This document shows positions 9,522 through 18,377 of a DNA stretch of 64,000 nucleotides, in pieces; positions within the stretch are counted from its first letter, which is position 1; each line of letters opens with the position of its first letter. The stretch is from an uncultured archaeon. Its GTDB lineage: Archaea > Thermoplasmatota > Penumbrarchaeia > JASLWR01. Below the pieces are notes generated by a model. It saw only the letters and a list, made by a program, of their open reading frames with translations. It made no database searches and had not been told where the DNA came from. The DNA lies in the NCBI GenBank assembly GCA_964342815.1, contig CAYFHS010000007.1:32001-96000 (forward strand). The letters are read 5' to 3'. A program made the position numbers and the translations under genes.

Positions 9522-11003
9522 TCAGGAAACTGCCTGTTTCAAACGATCGTACATAATGTCGGCGCTTCTCCATCGATCTTCCTTGCGTTTCTCGAGGGCC
9601 TTTAGGATAACGGTGTCCACTCTCGCAGTTACTTCGGGATTATATTTGGAAGGTGGGGGCACTTCCTCGTTTATTATATTTCCCATAATACCTACCGGGT
9701 CGTCGTCGAAGAACGGGTTATAATCCGTAAGCATCTCGTACCCAACGATTCCTATCTGAAATATATCTGTGCTCCAATCCACCATCCCGTACTTTTTCCT
9801 GCTGATCTGCTCGGGAGCGCTGTATGCAAGTGTTCCCTTTGCTCCCACGGTCTTCGAAGCTGAATCGGACGCCATCAGTTTTCCAATTCCCCAATCTGTC
9901 AGCTTGGGAATTCCTTCTCTGGTAAAAAGTATATTTTCCGGTTTAATATCCCGATGGACAGAGGCCATTCGGTGTGCGTAAGATATGGCATCTACCAATT
10001 GGATAAATATGCTCATTGCCTCCTGAGTTGACAACCTCCGGTCATCCATAAGCTCCTTCAGGCTGCCTCCTTCCATCAGCTCCATAACAATACTAGGGAT
10101 GGGATCCAGATTGTAATCATAAAAAAACACGATGTTCTTATGCTCCAGCTTGTTCCACATCTTCGCTTCCGATTCGAACTTATCGTAAATGGATGAATCC
10201 AGCGTTTGATCGATGAATTTAGGCATTTTTATTGCCACCTCGCGGCCGCTGTCATCAGTGGCCTTATATACTGTAGCAAAACCCCCGGAACCTAGCTTAT
10301 GGGTGATGGTGTAACCCGGAATGGTATTGGCAAGGGTGGGTGAAACACCTTTCGTGGGAGTTCTGGCCCTAACCTGGATATTTCGGATCATGGGGCCCGT
10401 TTGTCCGCCGACGGACGGGGGAGCCTGTCGGATATTGGGTCCACTTACGGAAGGCGGCGGGGTGCTTTTTTGGAGATCTTGTCGCGGAGGGCGGGGAACT
10501 GCGGTGCCGGAGGCCTGCATCGCCTGCATGTTCATCAACGCTCTTTGCTGAGCCTGTATCTGCTGCATTTGGGTCTTATATTTCCACTTATTTTCCTCTT
10601 CCTTCCAGTATTGGACCCACAATATCAATGCAATTAGACCGGGTGTGGCCAGAACCACATAGCCCGTCAGCCCTATCACCATGTTAAAAATGGCCGCGAA
10701 ATAGACGAATCCTTTGGATTTTCCCTTCAATGCTTTCACACCACCGATTATACCTACGATACCGGCGGCAAGGTAGATAAAACTAAAAACCAGGCAAAGC
10801 GTACCATATATACCCATGATGGAATCAGAGCTCTCTTCATCGCCATCGGATGGATATCCATATTCATCTTCATAATAATACTCATCATCGGTGGAACTGG
10901 TTCCAAGAAAGGCAATGCTAGAGATTAATATTCCTATAAAGGCAATGATGGCAATTGCGCCAGATACTATCAACAACACTCCAACCGCGGTATTTTTTCC
11001 CAT
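9522..11003 (-). CDS. Membrane-anchored Hanks-type Ser/Thr protein kinase
   Basis: Three or more N-terminal TM helices, Gln/Pro-rich linker, LGSGGFATVY, VAIK, HRDIKPEN, DWG, GTLAYSAPE. Confidence 0.92.
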   Translation of the reverse strand: MGKNTAVGVLLIVSGAIAIIAFIGILISSIAFLGTSSTDDEYYYEDEYGYPSDGDEESSDSIMGIYGTLCLVFSFIYLAAGIVGIIGGVKALKGKSKGFVYFAAIFNMVIGLTGYVVLATPGLIALILWVQYWKEEENKWKYKTQMQQIQAQQRALMNMQAMQASGTAVPRPPRQDLQKSTPPPSVSGPNIRQAPPSVGGQTGPMIRNIQVRARTPTKGVSPTLANTIPGYTITHKLGSGGFATVYKATDDSGREVAIKMPKFIDQTLDSSIYDKFESEAKMWNKLEHKNIVFFYDYNLDPIPSIVMELMEGGSLKELMDDRRLSTQEAMSIFIQLVDAISYAHRMASVHRDIKPENILFTREGIPKLTDWGIGKLMASDSASKTVGAKGTLAYSAPEQISRKKYGMVDWSTDIFQIGIVGYEMLTDYNPFFDDDPVGIMGNIINEEVPPPSKYNPEVTARVDTVILKALEKRKEDRWRSADIMYDRLKQAVS

Positions 11004-11278
11004 TTAATTCCCCTTTTTTCCTCATTAATTGTTGTTGATTTAAATATTTTAATATGATTAATTGTATCATTCTTCGATTTGTTTAATTGTCTGTTTTTCA
11101 CCGGGTCATTGTATTTTACTTTTTATATATATATTTATCTCGTGTAAAAACTTTACTTATCTGATATGAACCAAAGGCCATCTACCTAATTTTCAGCTAT
11201 TGCATCCTTGAAAAAGAAATATCGGTGGTAAAGAATTCTGGGATTTATTTAAATAATCATTAGACGTTCGCGAGAGCA

Positions 11279-12490
11279 ATGAAAGATTCGTCGCACAGTC
11301 CGGAAAACACATCATCCGACACCTCAAATAAAAAAGCGATTATATTCATATCATCCATAGCCGGTCTGCTGATTCTTTTCATTGTCCTGGTCTTCCTGTT
11401 TCCCAAAACGTTCTATGATGGTTTTCTATATAAGTATTACATAAAAAGCTTTCTCGAGGATGGAGCCTACAACAAGGTGGACACCACAACCTACGGTTTG
11501 ATGATCGCTGCGGCCATATTCGGAATATATAAAATGCTGGGTAAGCATAATATAAAGGTTGACCGCCGCGCCGTACTGGTGATCCTTCCGTGGATGTTCA
11601 TCGGGGGAAGCTACAGGGCGCTTGAGGACGCTGAATTCTTTCAAAAGCCGGTTATTTATCTGTTCCGCTCACCAATGATATATTTTACCATTACCATTAT
11701 CGTCATTCTTATCCTCATTTACTCACACTTGGTATATCTCTACTCCAGGAAGAAGAACTGGAAGAGCGGATTTATTCTTTCAGTGTCAATGCTGGTTTTC
11801 TTCGACTGTCTGTATCTTATCTACTATTATTCAACCGACAGGGGAATCTCATACCAGTTCACTCCGCTGTATCCTCTGATCATCTCGCTTCCCCTGGTCT
11901 ATCTTCTCTATATGGATTGCAGGCGGCGGGGATATGCCGATATGAAAACGAATATTCTCTCGTCCGGCCTCTATTTTTTAGCCCTTTCGATACTTCCCAT
12001 CGCCGTTTGGCCCGGGGTCGCTCCATGGAAAGCCCATTTCATTTCCGCAAGAACACTCAGCCCTCTGGCATGGGACTCCATCATATATGTATTTCTTATT
12101 GCCGCAGCTGCGACGTTGTTGCTCGCTTCTATATTCTTCCTTCTTAAACGGAAAAAAGAGAAGCTCGGCGTATTTACAAAACCACTCGCCGTGTTGATAA
12201 TATTCGGTCATTTTCTCGACGCCACGGCTACTGCGGTGGGCATCGAATACCACGGCTATATTGAAAAACACGTCGTTCCACATTTTATGATCGAACTGAC
12301 GGGAAATGCCTTCGTCATGTTTCTACTGAAGCTGCCTTTGGTCCTCCTTGTCATATTTGTCCTGGATATCTGGTATGCAAAGGAATTCCGTGATAATAAG
12401 AATCTGCTGAACCTTGTGAAAATGGGAATAATCATACTTGGGCTCGCTCCCGGCGTCAGAGATGCGCTGAGGATGGCCATGGGCGTCTGA
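11279..12490 (+). CDS. DUF63-family archaeal membrane protein
   Basis: GAYNKVDTTTYG, GGSYRALED, FGHFLDATAT, YIEKHVVP, LGLAPGVRDALR motifs. Confidence 0.8.
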   Translation: MKDSSHSPENTSSDTSNKKAIIFISSIAGLLILFIVLVFLFPKTFYDGFLYKYYIKSFLEDGAYNKVDTTTYGLMIAAAIFGIYKMLGKHNIKVDRRAVLVILPWMFIGGSYRALEDAEFFQKPVIYLFRSPMIYFTITIIVILILIYSHLVYLYSRKKNWKSGFILSVSMLVFFDCLYLIYYYSTDRGISYQFTPLYPLIISLPLVYLLYMDCRRRGYADMKTNILSSGLYFLALSILPIAVWPGVAPWKAHFISARTLSPLAWDSIIYVFLIAAAATLLLASIFFLLKRKKEKLGVFTKPLAVLIIFGHFLDATATAVGIEYHGYIEKHVVPHFMIELTGNAFVMFLLKLPLVLLVIFVLDIWYAKEFRDNKNLLNLVKMGIIILGLAPGVRDALRMAMGV

Positions 12491-12702
12491 ATTTTTTTCA
12501 GGTTTATTCTCCGTGAATATCTATATGAGCTTCAATTCCCCACTTCGAAATATCCACCGAATGTGCTTTCAGGAAATCTTCAATCGTCCATATCGACCCA
12601 GATAACCAGGGGATTTGTTCAACACAGTAGAGAGGTGAAAAAGTTTATAAATCAGAAATGTGAATTAAGTTCTGATAGGACGGATTGGAAAATTGAGGAA
12701 AA

Positions 12703-13449
12703 GTGGTTATTGTGAAATCGAAGATACTGAGCTTAATTCTGGTTATTATGTTACTCCTGATTTCATATTCCATGGGTTGTACCGATGATGAAAAGAAACC
12801 CAAAGTTTTTCCCGAACTGGAAGCTCCCGTGGCAGTGATCGATGCCAGCGCAACCAGGATAATCGAGAACGAGACTATTGTCTTCAACAGCTCCCGTTCA
12901 TACGATTCGGATGGTGAGATCACCACGTATATATGGGACTTCGGAGACGGTTTTGGGGAAACCACCAATTCAACGAACGTGTCCCACCAATATGAAAAGC
13001 TCAATTCGAATGGAGATCCCTACAATGTAACATTGACCGTAATAGACGATCATAGCCAGGATAATAAAACAAGTATAAATATTACTGTAATTCCCCTGAA
13101 GTATAGAGATAATAGAGAGGTTGGCCTGCTTTCAAGAGATAATCTCTTTATCCCAAGCGAATTTAATTTATCGTTCGAAAAACAACCCTTCGATGCAAAT
13201 TTTACGCTGAATCTCAGCCTGACCGGGGGTTCAGTGCCAATTGACATCAAGGCCGGCCTTTCTGTCACCATTATGGATCCGGAGAACCGACTGATCTATG
13301 GAAACGATTATAACATCACAGTATCAACGGACGATAGTATCTATCTTTCTCAAAAGGATTTCTCAAAAGCCGGTGAATACCACGTTTCCATGGTATGTAC
13401 GAAAGGCGGCGTTTATGTGGACTATGATTTGATCATCAATTATCTTTAA
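12703..13449 (+). CDS. PKD-domain lipoprotein
   Basis: Lipobox-like SMGC; FNSSRSYDSDGEITTYIWDFGDG and YNVTLTVIDD PKD signature. Confidence 0.8.
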   Translation: MVIVKSKILSLILVIMLLLISYSMGCTDDEKKPKVFPELEAPVAVIDASATRIIENETIVFNSSRSYDSDGEITTYIWDFGDGFGETTNSTNVSHQYEKLNSNGDPYNVTLTVIDDHSQDNKTSINITVIPLKYRDNREVGLLSRDNLFIPSEFNLSFEKQPFDANFTLNLSLTGGSVPIDIKAGLSVTIMDPENRLIYGNDYNITVSTDDSIYLSQKDFSKAGEYHVSMVCTKGGVYVDYDLIINYL

Positions 13450-13599
13450 GACCATTATTTCAGCATAAAGTCTTCTTCAATGAACTTTTGGGATATTTGG
13501 AACGAAGAGGATGCGTAATTTACCAATGAGAATATTCATGATTCTGGCTTCTATATCCATCTTTCTCATCACGGGGGCTTCTAGGGAGGAAGAATCGAA

Positions 13600-14610
13600 A
13601 TGATAAGGGATTTTCTTAAGACAATGCGGCTTCATCCGCCGTCCTGGTGGGGCGAGTATGCCGTGTTTTCCATCATAATTCCCTGTGCCCTGCTTTTCAA
13701 TGAAAACAATGTGTCCCTCGACATATCAAAACTGCTCCCGCTCCTCGGGGTTCTTTTTACCGGTTACAGTTCAACCTTCGTGCTTAATCATATTACAGAT
13801 GTGAAAGAGGACAGTTTCAAAAAAAACCGACCGCTGATGACGGATGCCGCGAAAAAGCGGACATGTATCCTGTTTTTATCCTTGATTGCCGCAGAAATTG
13901 TTATTGCGTTTATATTTTTCAATATCACTGCGCTTATCCTTCTTGGTATACTGCAATTGTTTTCCATTCTTTATTCGTGGGGGATCAGGTTCAAAGAGAG
14001 CATAGCAGGTCCGCTGATAGGTTCCACATTTTACTGGGGACCAATACCGCTGGTTGTGGTAGTGCTTGTGGGATCGAGTGGAGTCGGAATGTGGGAACAC
14101 TTCACCCCGGCCCTAATAGTTCACTTTACCGCCATGTTCTTTTTCGGGATCGAGAGAGAACTCTCACATAGTCTTTACGATTTTGATGTCGACCGGAAGG
14201 CCGGACTTTCCACTTTCGCACAGATCACCGGTCGTAGGGTAACAAAGATCGTCATTCGGGTCATGAAAGTCCTCTTTCTAATATTCATGGTGGTAATAGG
14301 CTGGACCATCTCTACTCCGGTTTGGGTGCTGGCTTTACTCTTCGTAATTATAGGTATTGCAGGTATCCTACCCGCAAGTTATTTCTTTTCCGTATTGGTC
14401 GTGGGACTATTAATTTCAGGAAAAACTGGTGTTGCTGAGATATTTCTCCTTTTCTGTATGATACCCATACTTTCAAGGATCATGACGCGGTGTACAGAAA
14501 AAATAAAAGCCGGGTTCTATCTGGGCAAGGCCGCCATACGACGGAAGTCGAACGATATCCATGCACAACATCGTGAATTAATTTTTACCCTCTTCGAAAG
14601 AATAAAATAA
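13600..14610 (+). CDS. UbiA-family prenyltransferase
   Basis: NHITDVKED and YDFDVDRKAG Asp-rich motifs; multiple TM helices. Confidence 0.8.
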   Translation: MIRDFLKTMRLHPPSWWGEYAVFSIIIPCALLFNENNVSLDISKLLPLLGVLFTGYSSTFVLNHITDVKEDSFKKNRPLMTDAAKKRTCILFLSLIAAEIVIAFIFFNITALILLGILQLFSILYSWGIRFKESIAGPLIGSTFYWGPIPLVVVVLVGSSGVGMWEHFTPALIVHFTAMFFFGIERELSHSLYDFDVDRKAGLSTFAQITGRRVTKIVIRVMKVLFLIFMVVIGWTISTPVWVLALLFVIIGIAGILPASYFFSVLVVGLLISGKTGVAEIFLLFCMIPILSRIMTRCTEKIKAGFYLGKAAIRRKSNDIHAQHRELIFTLFERIK

Positions 14611-14697
14611 AATGTCCTTTCAAACCGTGATGGAAAAAAAGAAAAAAAATGTTAAAATACATGCAAAACATATCCAATACATATTGGTGATGAGAAA

Positions 14698-15998
14698 ATG
14701 CAAAGATTGAATTATTACGAAATACTCGGCGTTTCCTCCGGTGCAGAGAAGAAGGAAATAAAGAAAGCTTACCGGAGAATGGCTGAGCTTCATCACCCTG
14801 ATAAATTGAATACAAACGATGTCAAGCTCATCGAACTTCAACCGAAGAAATGATATTGATCAACGAGGCTAAAGATATTCTTCTAGATGACCAGACACGC
14901 CGGAAATATGACCTGGAAATGCAAAATACAAGCTTTGTCTCCGGGCGTCAGGAAGAGGAAAATGCCCTTGTAAAGATGATCGTGCAGTCTCAGAACGTCC
15001 TTTCAAGCATTGGAGAATGCGGGGTGGATATCAAGGAAGCGGAGAAGTATTTCTTTCAGGCCAAATATGCCTTCCAAAACCGTTACTACAGGAATGGTCT
15101 CGAACTTCTTCAGTATGCGGTAAGATCGGCAAGAGACGCTCATTACCAGTTTGCAGTGAGAGAGATCCTTGCGCCACGGAACCGAATATTGGCGGTAGCC
15201 GAGGAAGGCTACAACGTTGATTTTGCAAAGAATATTCTGATCCAGGCAAAACCGGCCATTGAGGACGGGAACTACGAACAGGCAACGGAGTTTGCAAAAG
15301 CCGCTGTAAATGCAGCCAAAAAGATAAAAGAAACGGAAAAGGAGATAGTCCGGCAGGGCTACGTACCTCCAACAGAAGAGGAAGTATTTGCGGCCACGGC
15401 TGCTAAACCGAAAAGTATGAATGTAAGCTGGGAGGCTGCTGTTTCAGAAAAGGAATCGACGGATCGATCTTTCACAACCCCAAAGGATTACATCGATAAT
15501 TTGACCGAGAACGAATTCAATGAATTGAAGATACTAATGGCGGAGAAGGAGAACGAGATAAAGATGAAGAAGAGGCTCGAGCGGGATTTCATAAAGATAG
15601 AAATTGCGTCGAGATACAAGGATATAATGAAGAGGTTTCAGGAATACCAGCAGATGGAAGAGGAGACCATCCATGAGATCCTCGAACGGTACGAGGGGGG
15701 GAAGAAGGAGGAAATGGATTTCGATCTGGACCTGGACAACATGGAGTTCATCGACGACAAGGACATTCCCAAGGAGGATAAGGAAGTCATCGGGGCCGAA
15801 TGGGACGAAGCGGAGAAGACCAAGAAAAAGCTTGTCTACAAATCCGTACTAACGGAAGCATGGGCGGACGGCGTGGTAACCGAGGACGAGGAAGCCATGC
15901 TGGAACAGCTCAGAGCTTCATTGGACCTTCCCTTGGACGAACACCAGAAAATGGAAGAGGATATTATCAAAAAATTACTGCTGAACAATTATCTTTAA
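14698..15998 (+). pseudogene. J-domain protein with TerB-like C-terminus, split by a 1-nt frameshift near 14836
   Basis: GGTGA RBS then [12 protein letters not shown]...[13 protein letters not shown] stopping at TGA 14851-14853; the J domain continues in the -1 frame ([25 protein letters not shown]); C-terminal AWADGVVTEDEEAMLEQLR. Confidence 0.75.
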
Positions 15999-16004
15999 TT
16001 CCGT

Positions 16005-17108
16005 TTAAACACGGCTATATGCCCCAATAAAATCTTTTTTGAATTTTTCGAAATTTCCCTCGTCTATTGAAACGCGTATATTCTTCATCAGTCGCATCAT
16101 GAAGTGAAGATTGTGAACGGTTAATAAGCGCATTGCCAGCAGTTCCTTTACGCCGAATAGATGGTGAATATAGGCCCGAGAGTAGCCTTTGCATGTGGTG
16201 CAGCTGCATCCTTCTTCGATCTTGTCCAATCGTCCCTTGAAGCTTGATGCGTTTATATTCATGGGTCCCCTATTCGTCAACGCGGTCCTGTGCCTCGCAT
16301 TCCTGGTTGGATATACGCTGTCGAATATATCGACTCCCATCTCCACCGCCCGAATAATATCCACAGGCGTTCCAACGCCCATCAGGTATTTAGGTCTGTG
16401 GCGATGAAGGATTTCCATTTGGTATCCTACAGCCTTGTACATTGCTACTTTTGACTCCCCCAGGCAAAGACCCCCGATACCGTAACCGTGGCATTCGATT
16501 TTGTTCAATTCATGGGCACTTTTCTCACGGTATTGACGACTGGTCCCGCCCTGGGCGATGCCGAATTTCATCTGGTCCCGCCTTTTGTGTGCCTCGGAAA
16601 ACTCCATGGCCCAACGTGTGGTCCTTTCAACCGCTTTCTCCACCCTAGCCTCGCTGCTGTCCAGAGGGGCGCAGTCATCCAGGGACATAGCCACGTCCGC
16701 ACCAATCTTCTCCTGCATAGTGACTGAAAGGACGGGGGTGATCAACTCCTGACGTCCGTCGAAGGGGCTTTTCAGCACAATTCCTTCATCCGTCACCCTG
16801 GGTTTAAAGCCCTCGCGGACGATCTGAAAACCTCCCGAATCGGTAAAGATACTTCTAGGCCAATTCATGAAACTGTGAATCCCTCCAGCTTTTTCAATCA
16901 GCTCCGTTCCCGGTCTGAGGTGCAGGAGATATGCGTTGGAGATAATGTTTTGTACATCAAGTTCAAGCAGATCATCCGCGGACAGCGTCTTTACCGATGC
17001 CTTGGTGGCAACTGGCATAAAAACCGGTGTTCTAACGCTAAGATGGGCGGTATGAAGGATACCCGTCCGGGCCCCCCGGGATCCCGTTTCATTGGTGACG
17101 CTAAACAT
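16005..17108 (-). CDS. tgt: tRNA-guanine transglycosylase, bacterial/queuine type
   Basis: TPVFMPVAT, FTDSGGFQ, LDDC, GIAQGG, IGGL, YLMGVG, FDSVYPTRNAR, CSCTTC...HNL Zn site; no PUA domain. Confidence 0.92.
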   Translation of the reverse strand: MFSVTNETGSRGARTGILHTAHLSVRTPVFMPVATKASVKTLSADDLLELDVQNIISNAYLLHLRPGTELIEKAGGIHSFMNWPRSIFTDSGGFQIVREGFKPRVTDEGIVLKSPFDGRQELITPVLSVTMQEKIGADVAMSLDDCAPLDSSEARVEKAVERTTRWAMEFSEAHKRRDQMKFGIAQGGTSRQYREKSAHELNKIECHGYGIGGLCLGESKVAMYKAVGYQMEILHRHRPKYLMGVGTPVDIIRAVEMGVDIFDSVYPTRNARHRTALTNRGPMNINASSFKGRLDKIEEGCSCTTCKGYSRAYIHHLFGVKELLAMRLLTVHNLHFMMRLMKNIRVSIDEGNFEKFKKDFIGAYSRV

Positions 17109-17174
17109 CGAATCATCTGAGAATGATTTATCATATTTACTTCTGGTTGTCGTAATTCTTACGAAAACGTTATT

Positions 17175-18335
17175 ATGATAATTTGTATATTGCCAGTTGT
17201 GATATTCATGGATTTCAATGACAGTCTCAATCTCATACGTTTGCTAGTCGGGCTTATAGTCCTTGTAATCGGATCTATCACGGATATTAGAACGCGGAAG
17301 GTCCCGAACCGGCTTTGGCTAATTTCCGGGGCAATAGCCTCTCTGCTCCTGGTTGCCTATGTTGCACACGAGTCTTCCCAGCTCATTCCTGTTCTCCTCA
17401 CTTTGACGGTGATATTCTATTACTATTATTTCTATTCCGACCTGGAATTCAACGGGATGCCCAAGGGAAACGACCGGTTCTTTGCGGTCCTGGGTGTTGC
17501 AACCATAGGTTTCTACGTTTGGTCTGTATTCCATTACGATATCCCAATGAATATTTCTTTTCTTCTTCTAATAACCTTCGTTCTTCTCCTAATCAATGAG
17601 GTTTTGCTCCTTCGTAAAGGTAGAAGCTCAAGAATGTCCTGGCTGATTTTATTATTGATGTGTTTCATTACTCTTGGCTTTCTTTCCCAGTACGATATTG
17701 CCTCAATCGAGAAAGGAGTCCCCATCACTGCAGCCCATGAAATCGACACATCGTTTTTACTGATCACTTCAATAATCCTCATGATAACGGCCATTTACGC
17801 TATGTACTGTTCCGGAATAATCATGGGCGGTGCCGATGCAAAGGGATTGATGCTCATTTCCATGCTTCTTCCCGCATACCCTGTTGTATCGGGTCTACAC
17901 TTAGACACGTACTTTTACGAGGTCCTTGATAAAATTCCACTTCAAGCTTTTATATTTCCGTTCTCGATGACAATACTCATCAACGGTGCCATTCTTCTTC
18001 TACTATATCCTATATTCTTTCTTTTGTGGAACCTCACTAGAAAAGATTTTAAATTCCCATATTGTCTATTCGGGTATAAGCTGGATCTCGATAAATTTGG
18101 ACAAAAGTTCGTGTGGCTACTGGAGGTGGAGAAGGACGGGAAACGGAAGATGGTTCTATCGCCTCCCAGGGAAGAGGCCGAGGAAAAGAAGCTCCTGGAG
18201 AAACTTGCGGAAACCGGGGAAAAGAGGATATGGGTGCAGCCCAAGATACCGTTCCTTGTTGCCGTGACCGTGGGCTACCTGATCGCCATCATTTTCGGTA
18301 ATGCCATACATCTCGTAATCGGCCTTATTAACTGA
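17175..18335 (+). CDS. A24 prepilin/preflagellin peptidase (PibD/FlaK-like) with extra TM segments
   Basis: TDIRTRKVPN (first Asp), MGGADAK (GxGD-like), C-terminal IWVQPKIPFL; real start may be ATG 17208. Confidence 0.85.
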   Translation: MIICILPVVIFMDFNDSLNLIRLLVGLIVLVIGSITDIRTRKVPNRLWLISGAIASLLLVAYVAHESSQLIPVLLTLTVIFYYYYFYSDLEFNGMPKGNDRFFAVLGVATIGFYVWSVFHYDIPMNISFLLLITFVLLLINEVLLLRKGRSSRMSWLILLLMCFITLGFLSQYDIASIEKGVPITAAHEIDTSFLLITSIILMITAIYAMYCSGIIMGGADAKGLMLISMLLPAYPVVSGLHLDTYFYEVLDKIPLQAFIFPFSMTILINGAILLLLYPIFFLLWNLTRKDFKFPYCLFGYKLDLDKFGQKFVWLLEVEKDGKRKMVLSPPREEAEEKKLLEKLAETGEKRIWVQPKIPFLVAVTVGYLIAIIFGNAIHLVIGLIN

Positions 18336-18377
18336 TATGGGAAGAATAAATCTGGAAACCGGAATCCTTTATGGGAG

